64,000 bases of DNA. It comes from Candidatus Eiseniibacteriota bacterium (lineage in GTDB: Bacteria > Eisenbacteria > RBG-16-71-46 > CAVPCR01). Every line of letters begins with the position of its first letter. The stretch's first letter is position 1. Position numbers and translations under genes: made by a program. Below the pieces are notes generated by a model. That model made no database searches. It had not been told where the DNA came from and was given only the letters and a program-made list of their open reading frames with translations. Location of the stretch: NCBI GenBank assembly GCA_963823555.1, contig CAWGMA010000001.1:992001-1056000 (forward strand). Reading direction: 5' to 3'. Of the stretch, positions 30,728 to 39,454 are shown piece by piece.

Positions 30728-33700
30728 ATGCAGTCGGTTCGAAGGACAGCGTTCAGCCTCCTGGCGGTCGCGCTACTCTGGCTCGTGGCCGTCCCCGTGG
30801 TGGGAGCCCAGGAGGCGCTATCGGGCCCCCCGGTCGCCAGCGGTCCGGGGACCCTCATTCCGGGACCTGATCCCGGCGAGTCCGTCGCCTGCACCCCGGT
30901 GATCGGTGTGGATCCCGATCCCGTGGCCTTCGGCGATGTTCCCGTCGGAGAGACGTCCACTCTCGATGTCCAGATCACCGACCTCGAGTCCGATACCGAG
31001 TGCGGGATCACGATCTCGTCGATCGAACTCACCGTGGGATCCGGGTTCTTCGAGATCCTGGGTCTGCCCACGTTGCCTCAGACCTTCCCGGCGGGCGTGC
31101 CGTTCACGTTCCAGGTGCGCTTCGCGCCGCCACAGGCCGGGCAGCTGAATGGGGTCATGACGATCACCTCCGATGATCCGGTGACGCCGGTCAAGGAGGT
31201 CAACCTGAACGGCCGGGGAACCGCCGGCAATCAGCCCCCGACCTGCAACGCCGATGGCCCCTACGTGGGCGTCGTCGGGGTGGCGGTCTCCTTCGATGGT
31301 TCGGGTTCCGAGGATCCGGACGGGACCATCACGAGCTACGAGTGGGACTTCGGTGACGGCTCCTCCGGCACCGGTGTCTCCCCGACCCACGTCTACGCCA
31401 CGGAGGGCACCTTCACGGTGACCCTGACCGTCACCGATGACGGTTCCCCCCCATTGAATTCGGAGTGCTCGAGCAGCGCTTCGATCACCGGGGGTACCGC
31501 GGACACGATCACCGTCACGGCACCGAACGGCGCCGAGGAGTTCGCGCCCGGAGATGTGACCTCTGTCACCTGGGAGAGCGAAGGCGACATCCTCTTCGTC
31601 GATATCGAGCTCTCGCTCGATGGCGGCACCTCCTATGAGGCGATCGGCGTCAGCGAGGAAAACGACGGGAGCTTCGCCTGGACCGTTTCCAATACGCCCA
31701 CCGAGAACGCGCTGATCCGGGTCAAGGATGCGACCGACGGCGTTCCGTCCGACGTTTCGGATGCTCCATTCACGATCAACGGCGTGATCCTGACCCGGCC
31801 GAACGGGGGGGAGACGCTGCGCATCGGCGATACCGAGAACATCATCTGGGACGTGTTCGGAACGCTGACCACGACCGTGCGTCTCGAGCTCTCGACCGAC
31901 GGCGGCTTCAGCTTCACCGACATCGTGGCCTCGACCGACAATGATGCGCTCTACGAGTGGACGGTGGCCGGGAACCCGACCGTCGAGGCGCTGGTTCGCA
32001 TCACGGATACCGGCAACGCGCTCGCCACCGACACCTCGGACGCCGTGTTCACGATCGCCGAGCAGGGCAGCAACCTGCCGCCGATCTGCGATGCGGGTGG
32101 ACCCTATTCGGCCCTCGTCAACACGGCTGTCAGCTTCGATGGCAGCGGTTCGAGCGACCCCGACGGCACGATCACCTCCTACGCGTGGGATTTCGGCGAC
32201 GGCTCGAGCGGGACCGGGGTCGCCCCGACGCACACCTACACGACGACCGGGACCTTCACCGTCGAACTCACCGTGACCGATGACCTGGATGCCTTTTCGA
32301 CCTGCTCGGCCACGGCCACGATCACCGGGGAGAACCAGGCGCCCACCTGCGATGCGGGTGGCCCGTACACGGGTACGGTCGACATCGCCATCACGTTCGA
32401 TGGCACCGGTTCAAGCGACCCCGACGGCACCATCACTTCCTACGCCTGGACCTTCGGAGATGGCTCGAGCGCGACCGGCGCCACACCGACCCATGCCTAT
32501 GCTGCGGCCGGATCGTACTCGGTCGGACTCACGGTGACCGACAACGAAGGCGCCTCCTCGACCTGCACGACGACGGCGAATGTCACCGGTGGCGTGAACC
32601 TGCCACCGGACTGCGACGCCGGCGGTTCCTACGCGGGTGTCGTCGGTTCGGCCATCAACTTCGACGGCCGGGATTCGAACGATCCGGACGGGAACATCGT
32701 GTCCCACGCCTGGGACTTCGGCGACGGGTCGACGGCGACGGGGGCGACGGTGTCGCACGCCTACGCCACGACGGGAACGTTCACGGTGAGCCTGACCGTC
32801 ACCGATGACGACGGTGCTTCCTCGACCTGCACGACGACCGCCGAAGTCGGCGAGGCCCCGACCGGGGTTCGCGTGGCGCTCCCGCCGCGTAGCTTCGGAT
32901 CCCCCGGCGCGGACGTGGCGATTCCGGTCTTCGCCATCGATGACCTGACCGGGCTCGGCATCATCGCGATGGAGTTCGAGATCCGCTACAACCCGCACGT
33001 GCTGGTGGCCCAGGGTCTGCAGTTCGCGGGGACGATCGGCGAGGGCGCCACCTTCGAATGGCGCGTCGATCACCGCAGTCCGAGCGAGGACATCCTCCAC
33101 GTGGCGATGGCGTGGACCGAGCCGCTCGCCGACTGTGGCGAGATCGTCTACGTTCTCTACCAGGTATCCCCGGGCGACGCGAACCCGCGCACGCGGCTCG
33201 AGTTCTGGGCCCTCTTCAACGAGGGGGATCCCGCGGCGAACGCGCATGACGGGGAGTTCATCAAGGGACGCATCGGCGACGTCAACGGCTCGGGCCAGGT
33301 GTCGGCGATCGATGCCACGCTCGTTCTCCAGGAGACGGTTGGGATCATCCGCTTGCCCGATCCCAGCTATCCCTACTTCGTGCTCGAGATCGCGGACGTT
33401 TCAGGTAACGGCGAGATCCGTGCCTACGACGCCGCTCTCATCCTCCAGTACGTGCTCGGGATCATCGATCACTTCCCGGCGGAGGAGCAGTACCAGCTGG
33501 CGTGCGACCCGGGCGGACGGCATGTCGCCACCCGCGGGCCGGAGACCATGCGCACGCTCAGTCTCGAATGGGTGACGCCCACCGAGGCGGCTCTCTTCCT
33601 GGATGACGGCGCCGGAGTGATCGGGGCCGAGGCACGAATCGCCTTCGATTCGGGTCTCGCTCCGGACATCGAGATCCTGACCCAGCCTGGCGGTGGTGTC

Positions 33701-34177
33701 CTGATCGAGAGCGCCGCCGGCGACGGGTACGTGGATCTGGCCACGGTCATCGCCCGGCCCACTTCGGGCCGCACCGAGCTCGCTCGCATTCGTTTCGCGA
33801 GCGAGGTCACCGGTGCGCGCATCGAGAAGCCGAGCCTGAACGAAGGCCTGATCCCGGTCGTGATCACGAACGCACCGTTCTCCGGGGTGCCCGGCGCCGG
33901 TGCAGTGGTCCTCGCCCAGAACCGCCCGAATCCGTTCAACCCGGCGACCGAGATCAGCTTCTCGCTCGCCGTGGGTGGTCGGGTCGAGCTGGCCGTCTAC
34001 GACCTCTCGGGGCGGCGGGTGCGCTCGCTCATCCAGGGCGAGCTCCCGGCGGGTCCGCACGCCGCGCAGTGGAACGGTCGGGACGATACGGGCGCGCCCA
34101 TGGCGGCCGGCGTGTACCTCTACACGCTCGACGCGGCGGGAACGACGACGACCCGGAAGATGATCCTCCTCAAGTAG
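30728..34177 (+). CDS. Large secreted multidomain protein: Ig-like (ASH-type), 4 PKD, 2 PNGGE-type Ig, cohesin, dockerin and FlgD-Ig CTD
   Basis: RBS AGGAGG; signal peptide; SYxWDFGDG-type motif x4; PNGAEE/PNGGET; GDVNGSGQVSAIDA/ADVSGNGEIRAYDA; NRPNPFNP...RKMILLK. Confidence 0.9.
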   Translation: MQSVRRTAFSLLAVALLWLVAVPVVGAQEALSGPPVASGPGTLIPGPDPGESVACTPVIGVDPDPVAFGDVPVGETSTLDVQITDLESDTECGITISSIELTVGSGFFEILGLPTLPQTFPAGVPFTFQVRFAPPQAGQLNGVMTITSDDPVTPVKEVNLNGRGTAGNQPPTCNADGPYVGVVGVAVSFDGSGSEDPDGTITSYEWDFGDGSSGTGVSPTHVYATEGTFTVTLTVTDDGSPPLNSECSSSASITGGTADTITVTAPNGAEEFAPGDVTSVTWESEGDILFVDIELSLDGGTSYEAIGVSEENDGSFAWTVSNTPTENALIRVKDATDGVPSDVSDAPFTINGVILTRPNGGETLRIGDTENIIWDVFGTLTTTVRLELSTDGGFSFTDIVASTDNDALYEWTVAGNPTVEALVRITDTGNALATDTSDAVFTIAEQGSNLPPICDAGGPYSALVNTAVSFDGSGSSDPDGTITSYAWDFGDGSSGTGVAPTHTYTTTGTFTVELTVTDDLDAFSTCSATATITGENQAPTCDAGGPYTGTVDIAITFDGTGSSDPDGTITSYAWTFGDGSSATGATPTHAYAAAGSYSVGLTVTDNEGASSTCTTTANVTGGVNLPPDCDAGGSYAGVVGSAINFDGRDSNDPDGNIVSHAWDFGDGSTATGATVSHAYATTGTFTVSLTVTDDDGASSTCTTTAEVGEAPTGVRVALPPRSFGSPGADVAIPVFAIDDLTGLGIIAMEFEIRYNPHVLVAQGLQFAGTIGEGATFEWRVDHRSPSEDILHVAMAWTEPLADCGEIVYVLYQVSPGDANPRTRLEFWALFNEGDPAANAHDGEFIKGRIGDVNGSGQVSAIDATLVLQETVGIIRLPDPSYPYFVLEIADVSGNGEIRAYDAALILQYVLGIIDHFPAEEQYQLACDPGGRHVATRGPETMRTLSLEWVTPTEAALFLDDGAGVIGAEARIAFDSGLAPDIEILTQPGGGVLIESAAGDGYVDLATVIARPTSGRTELARIRFASEVTGARIEKPSLNEGLIPVVITNAPFSGVPGAGAVVLAQNRPNPFNPATEISFSLAVGGRVELAVYDLSGRRVRSLIQGELPAGPHAAQWNGRDDTGAPMAAGVYLYTLDAAGTTTTRKMILLK
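31225..32850 (+). repeat. Four PKD domain repeats
   Basis: NxPPxCxAxGPY...FDGxxSxDPDGxIxSYxWxFGDG...LTVTD units at about 31225, 32070, 32330 and 32595. Confidence 0.85.
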
Positions 34178-34301
34178 CGCCGGAATCTGTCAGGCCGGCG
34201 GGATGGTGACTCGCACGAGTTGCCTCCCGCCGGCCGTGACCGGCTCTCCGGCGAGACAACCATCAGCGTCGAGCCATGACTTCATGCAACCGGGAGAGGG
34301 T

Positions 34302-35018
34302 ATGACGGAGGTTGGACCGAGCTGGAAAGCGGAGGCCGAAAGCGCCATCCGGCGGCTGCCGGGAGTCGTGGGGACTCACATCCGGATGCATGGTGATCAG
34401 ATCGGTGCCATCTTCGTGCAGACCGACGGCAGCCGCGAATCCCGGCGCTTCGTGCGCGATGTGGAAGCCATCCTGGCCACCACGGCGGGGATCGAAGTCG
34501 ACTACCGCAAGGTGTCGATCGCGGCCACCCCACCGCTGCACGGGCTGGAGGGGGAGGGACGCGCGCCAGCGCTCGAGGCTCAGCCCAAGCGACCGGCGTT
34601 CGAACATGTGCGACTCAATACCTCCGGGCTACGCACGGAGGCCCAGGTCGAGCTATCGCTTGGCGATGTCCATGTCCTCGGCTCGGCCGAGGGTCCGGCC
34701 ACCCGGGGGAGCGTTCTCGAACTCGTGGCCGAGGCGTGCCTGGCTGCCGCGACCCAGCTCGTCGATGAGCCGGTCTCATTCTCGCTGGGCGGGCTCGAGC
34801 GAGTCCGGGTCGGGCGGGACGAGGTCCTCATTGTCCTCGTCCGGTTCATCCAGGGCCGGAGCGAGAAGGCTCTGACCGGCTCGAGCCTCGCCGAACAGGA
34901 CGACCTGCGCTCGGTGACCTATGCCACGCTCGATGCCATCAACCGCACGTTCGGGAGCCTCCGCCAGCGGGAGGCCGTGGAGTATGTCCTCCACTCGGAG
35001 GTGACCCAAGAGGCTTGA
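34302..35018 (+). CDS. Conserved-looking cytoplasmic hypothetical protein (two small alpha/beta domains)
   Basis: RBS GGAGAGG; FVRDVEAIL...IEVDYRKVSIA, LTGSSL and ATLDAINR segments. Confidence 0.75.
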   Translation: MTEVGPSWKAEAESAIRRLPGVVGTHIRMHGDQIGAIFVQTDGSRESRRFVRDVEAILATTAGIEVDYRKVSIAATPPLHGLEGEGRAPALEAQPKRPAFEHVRLNTSGLRTEAQVELSLGDVHVLGSAEGPATRGSVLELVAEACLAAATQLVDEPVSFSLGGLERVRVGRDEVLIVLVRFIQGRSEKALTGSSLAEQDDLRSVTYATLDAINRTFGSLRQREAVEYVLHSEVTQEA

Positions 35019-35196
35019 CCGACCACTGCTACTCGACCTGATCCAGAACTCGATATCCGGCAGGTAATGGCTTGCCGGATAGCGTTTTATATGGGCGACA
35101 AGTAGATTGTCGAGGCCCCGGGGAGAGGGGGAGGCGGCCGGCGGAGAGCCCCCGATTCAGCGTCGGGAACGGTCCGGGGGCCCGCGCAAAAGCCCC

Positions 35197-35226
35197 TTGA
35201 CCGGGGGGCGGGAGGCGGCTCAAGAT
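35197..35226 (+). promoter_or_regulatory. Candidate promoter for the small-peptide transcript
   Basis: TTGACC-N18-CAAGAT. Confidence 0.3.
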
Positions 35227-35461
35227 CCGGGCTGTTCATGGGCGCGGCTCGAGCACGATCGGATCCCGGACGATCCAATCGGGCTGGCCTCGCCTGATCG
35301 AAGTGGTGAAGCCGACATCCGATTGGCAGGTGGTAGGACGCTTTAGCGGAGCGGACCCGAGCCAGCGGAGCATCTCCCCCCGTCGAGGGCATTGCCGTGG
35401 CGATGCCGCCCGACGGCCGGACACCACGGATGGTTCATCCAAAAACAAGGAGGTGGCTCCC

Positions 35462-35527
35462 ATGTTCGCCATGATCGGCTGGTTCAATTTCATTATCGCC
35501 CTGCTTGGCGGGCGTGCAGGCTGGTAG
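35462..35527 (+). CDS. 21-aa hydrophobic peptide MFAMIGWFNFIIALLGGRAGW (candidate signalling peptide)
   Basis: Near-ideal RBS AAGGAGGT 7 nt upstream with an A-rich stretch before it; followed by two hairpins. Confidence 0.65.
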   Translation: MFAMIGWFNFIIALLGGRAGW

Positions 35528-35542
35528 TCGTTCGAGGCCGCT

Positions 35543-35604
35543 GTTAGTGACGTCGGCTTGCCACTAACGCGGCGGTCCTGGAGACGCGGGTCTCCGGGAC
35601 CGCC
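35543..35604 (+). terminator. Tandem hairpins between the peptide ORF and the HD-GYP gene
   Basis: GTTAGTG..CACTAAC and GGCGGTCCTGGAGAC-GCGG-GTCTCCGGGACCGCC; no U-tract. Confidence 0.5.
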
Positions 35605-35712
35605 GTGAGACATCCCCCCTCCATCGTGCCCCGGGGTGGGAACAGCGAACACCCGTCGCGCCCTGGGGCTTCATTGTTGCCCCACCATGGACGCGGCCAG
35701 GAATGGGGCACT

Positions 35713-37107
35713 ATGAACGACTCTCGCGTCGCTCGCCTCTTACGTCTGGATTCCTTCCTTGCCGCCCTGGCCTCGGCGTTGGCCGCGCTCTCCGCCGGGT
35801 TCGCCGATCGCATTCGCCAGACGCTCCCGGTCCTGGCTCTCGCCTCGTGCGTCATCGCTGCTGCGACCGCGCTCCTCTGGATGACGACGCATGCCGCCGG
35901 CACGGCGGTTCCCATTCGACCCGCCCTCTTCATCTTGTGGGTTGGGCTCCTGGTCGTGACCGAGCTCACTCCGGTGCGCATGCCGCGCGGCGGGTTCATG
36001 ACGGTGTCGTCCGCGCTCGACTACGCCGCCATCATCCTCTTCGGCCCCCTCGCTGCGGCCTGGATCGACGTGGCTTCCGGCGTGGTGGCGCATGGGGTCT
36101 TGAGGCCTCGCCATCCGCTTCGTCTGGCCTACAACCTCGCCACCTATGTCCTCGCTGCCTTCGCTGCCGGCGCCGTCTATGACGGCCTCGGCGGTTCGTT
36201 CGGTTCGTTCGTGCTCAACGCGCAGAACCTGGTCGCGCTGGCCGGACTCGGCATCACCTACTTCGCCGTCAACACGGGGCTCGTGAGCCTCGCGCTGGCC
36301 GCCGAATCGGCCTCGGATCCCTGGCGGGTGTGGCAGGTCAACTACCGCTGGACGCTGCGCCACCTCGTCGCCTTCCTGCCGCTCGGCGCCCTGGTCGCCC
36401 TGGTTCATTTGACCTGGGGGTTCTCGGCGCTTGCGCTATTCCTCCTCCCGCTCTTCCTGGCGCGCCACACGTTCAGCCTCTACGTCGAGATGCGTGAGGA
36501 TCTGGTCGATTTCTCGACGGCGCTCGTCGGTGTGATGGAGGAGGTCGATCCCTATACCCGCCGGCACTCGATCCGCGTGGCCAGCTACGCCGAGCGCCTG
36601 AGTCGCGGCATGGGGCGGCCGGAACCCGAGGTCGAGAAGATCCGCCTCGCCGGACTTCTCCACGACCTGGGCAAGGTCGGACAGACGGCGGCGTTGCTGC
36701 AAAAGCCGGGGCGCCTCGATCCCGAGGAAAAGCAGCGGATCCAGACTCATCCCGGTGCCGGAGCTGACATCGTCGGCCGCATCCGTGCTTTCAGCGAGGT
36801 CGCGACCCTCGTGCGCTATCACCACGAACGACTCGATGGCATGGGGTATCCCTCGCGGCTACGCGGCGAGTCGATCCCGCTCGGATCGCGCATCGTCCTC
36901 GTCGCCGACGCCTTCGACGCCATGACTTCCGATCGTCCCTATCGCGCCGGCATGGCACCGGAGCAGGCGATCGCCGAGCTCAAGGCCCACGCCGGAACGC
37001 AATTCGATCCTGCGGTGGTCGCCGCTCTGGCCCGTCTCTGGGAGCGCAGGGAGTTCCCCGTCATCCGGCATTCCGTGGGCGACCTCGATATCCGCCTCGC
37101 CAGCTAG
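35713..37107 (+). CDS. HD-GYP cyclic-dinucleotide phosphodiesterase with multi-TM N-terminal sensor
   Basis: About 7 TM segments, then DPYTRRHS, LLHDLGKVG, HHERLDGMGYP and VADAFDAMTSDRPYR. Confidence 0.93.
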   Translation: MNDSRVARLLRLDSFLAALASALAALSAGFADRIRQTLPVLALASCVIAAATALLWMTTHAAGTAVPIRPALFILWVGLLVVTELTPVRMPRGGFMTVSSALDYAAIILFGPLAAAWIDVASGVVAHGVLRPRHPLRLAYNLATYVLAAFAAGAVYDGLGGSFGSFVLNAQNLVALAGLGITYFAVNTGLVSLALAAESASDPWRVWQVNYRWTLRHLVAFLPLGALVALVHLTWGFSALALFLLPLFLARHTFSLYVEMREDLVDFSTALVGVMEEVDPYTRRHSIRVASYAERLSRGMGRPEPEVEKIRLAGLLHDLGKVGQTAALLQKPGRLDPEEKQRIQTHPGAGADIVGRIRAFSEVATLVRYHHERLDGMGYPSRLRGESIPLGSRIVLVADAFDAMTSDRPYRAGMAPEQAIAELKAHAGTQFDPAVVAALARLWERREFPVIRHSVGDLDIRLAS

Positions 37108-37221
37108 TCCCGCTCGCGCCCGCCGCGCGACGCCGCCCTGACCCTGAGCCCGGAGATCCCATCGTTCGGTCCCCTGCGATCCCTGAGGACCGCCGTATCT
37201 CCGACCCCAGGGGAGTGTCCA

Positions 37222-38331
37222 ATGAGCTCGCTGTGTCCAGCCCTGGCGGAAAGCCCGACCACCGCCTCACCAGGAGCCCCGGTTCTCATCGGCCATAGCG
37301 CGGCGATGACCGCGGTCATTGCCGCCGCCACGCGCGTGGCCGCCTCCACCGCCGCCGTCCTCATCGAAGGAGAGACGGGAACCGGCAAGGAACTCGTTGC
37401 GCGCCTGATCCACGCCCGCAGCCGCCGCTCGCGCTCTCCCTTCGTGTCGCACAACGCGGGAGCCACTCCCGACACCCTGATCGAGAGCGAGCTCTTCGGT
37501 CACGCCCGCGGATCGTTCACCGGCGCCGTGCGCGATCACCGTGGGCTCTTCGCCGCCGCCGACGGGGGGACGCTCTTCCTCGACGAGATCGCCGACGTGA
37601 GCCCGCTCATGCAGGCGAAGCTCCTGCGCGTCCTCCAGGAGGGCGAGTTCCGGCGCGTGGGCGAGACGCACTCCCGCCACCTCGATGCGCGCCTCATCGC
37701 CGCCACCAACCGCCCGCTCGAGGGCGAGGTGAGCGCCGGTCGCTTCCGCGTCGATCTCTTCTATCGGCTGCATGTCGTCAAGATCACCCTGCCTCCGCTC
37801 CGCGAACGGAGCGCGGATATCCCGGCTCTCGCCGCGCACTTCGCCGCCCGCTTCGCCCTGAGCGAGGGGAGCCCGCCGATCACGCTCACGCCGCCGGCCT
37901 CGTTTGCGCTCCGCCGTTACGGATGGCCGGGCAATGTGCGCGAGCTGGAGAACGAGATCCGGCGGCTCACGGCGCTGCACGCCGGGGAAGAGGTCACAGT
38001 GCGCAAGCTCTCGGACCGCGTTCGCTCCGCGCTCGTGAGCGGAGGCTCGATCGCAGAGTCGCCCCGGGGGCGGAGCCTGGCCTCCCGGGTCGAGGCCCTC
38101 GAGCGCCGCCTCATTGCCGAGGGGCTCGTGCGCTTCGCCGGGAACAAGACCCGGGTAGCCCGCGATCTCGGACTCTCGCGCCAGGGTCTGGCGAAGAAGA
38201 TGCGGCGCTACGGGCTCCGGTGGGTGATCCCGGCGGCCAGCAGTGAGATCGGGCCGGATGAGCTCCATGCGGAAGAGCTGCGCGCGGGCGAGCTGGACCC
38301 GCTGGCGCTTGCCGCGGTGAAGGCCCCGTGA
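37222..38331 (+). CDS. Sigma54-dependent enhancer-binding protein lacking an N-terminal regulatory domain
   Basis: [37 protein letters not shown] and a Fis-type HTH ([14 protein letters not shown]). Confidence 0.92.
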   Translation: MSSLCPALAESPTTASPGAPVLIGHSAAMTAVIAAATRVAASTAAVLIEGETGTGKELVARLIHARSRRSRSPFVSHNAGATPDTLIESELFGHARGSFTGAVRDHRGLFAAADGGTLFLDEIADVSPLMQAKLLRVLQEGEFRRVGETHSRHLDARLIAATNRPLEGEVSAGRFRVDLFYRLHVVKITLPPLRERSADIPALAAHFAARFALSEGSPPITLTPPASFALRRYGWPGNVRELENEIRRLTALHAGEEVTVRKLSDRVRSALVSGGSIAESPRGRSLASRVEALERRLIAEGLVRFAGNKTRVARDLGLSRQGLAKKMRRYGLRWVIPAASSEIGPDELHAEELRAGELDPLALAAVKAP

Positions 38332-38446
38332 GGCGGCTGCGTGGCGCTTGCATGGACCGGGGGCTTCTCCTAACCTCTTCCAGCTTCCAGTGGCTCGAGG
38401 TGGGGCGCATGGGGCGTGACCGCCGTTCGGAAGCGGGGGAGGAGGC

Positions 38447-39454
38447 GTGGCCGAGAAGCCGCTCCTGGTCGGACTCATCGGTGCCGGACAGGTGGCCCAG
38501 GTGGCGCACATCCCGGCGTGGCAGCAGCTGCGCCCAGCGGCGCAGCTGGTGGCGGTCTGCGACGAGGACAAGGCGCGGTTGGGCGCTGTGGCGCAGAAGT
38601 TCGGGATCTCGCGCGCGGTCGCCGACTTCGAGGAGATCCTCCGCGACAAGTCGATCGCCGCTGTCGATATCTGCACACCCAATCACCTGCACGCGCCGAT
38701 GGCGATCGCGGCGCTACGAGCCGGCAAGCACGTGCTCTGCGAGCGACCGATGGCGCGGAACGGTCGCGAAGCCGAGACGATGACGAAGGCGGCGGAGAAG
38801 GCGGGGCTCACCTTGATGGTGGCCATGAACAACCGCTTTCACGACGACGCCGCCATCCTTCGTCGCTTCATCGACAAGGGGGAGCTCGGCAATCTCTTCT
38901 ACATGAAGACGGGATGGCTTCGCCGCGGCGGGAGCTATGGCTGGAAGGCGGAGCGCGAGATGTCGGGAGGGGGTGCTGTCCTCGACCTCGGCGTGCAGAT
39001 GCTGGATGTCGCCACCTGGCTTGCCGGGGATCGCAAGGTGGCTACCGTCAGCGCCCAGATTCATCATCCACGCCCCGGCTCGGTGGAGGATGCGGCCGTG
39101 GCCCTGATCCGCATGACCGGCGGCCTCGCCTTCACCGTCGAGGTGAGCTGGTCGCTCACGATCGAGCGCGACGTGGCCTACCTCCATGCCTTCGGGACGC
39201 GTGGCGCAGCCACGCTCTCGCCGCTCCGCATTCACAAGGAGCTACGCGGCAACCTCATGGACGTGACCCCGGCCGTGGCCTCGCCGAAGAACCTCTTCAA
39301 GTACTCCTATGACCGCGAGATCAGCCACTTCGTGGACTGCATCCAGAACGGCGCCAAGCAGATCTCGCCGGGGGTCGACGGACTCGAGGTGATGCGCATC
39401 ACCGATGCGATCTATGCCTCGGCCCAGAGCGGACGTGAGGTCGCGCTCGCCTAG
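38447..39454 (+). CDS. Gfo/Idh/MocA family oxidoreductase
   Basis: VGLIGAG, TPNHLH, GKHVLCERP and SGGGAVLDLGV motifs. Confidence 0.92.
   Translation: MAEKPLLVGLIGAGQVAQVAHIPAWQQLRPAAQLVAVCDEDKARLGAVAQKFGISRAVADFEEILRDKSIAAVDICTPNHLHAPMAIAALRAGKHVLCERPMARNGREAETMTKAAEKAGLTLMVAMNNRFHDDAAILRRFIDKGELGNLFYMKTGWLRRGGSYGWKAEREMSGGGAVLDLGVQMLDVATWLAGDRKVATVSAQIHHPRPGSVEDAAVALIRMTGGLAFTVEVSWSLTIERDVAYLHAFGTRGAATLSPLRIHKELRGNLMDVTPAVASPKNLFKYSYDREISHFVDCIQNGAKQISPGVDGLEVMRITDAIYASAQSGREVALA

Noticed and set aside
31225..32850. Spaced repeats as a CRISPR array
   Set aside because: They are degenerate in-frame PKD domain repeats, and no cas genes are present.
35303..35461. 74-aa version of the peptide ORF
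   Set aside because: The upstream GTG has no RBS, and the strong RBS points to ATG 35462.
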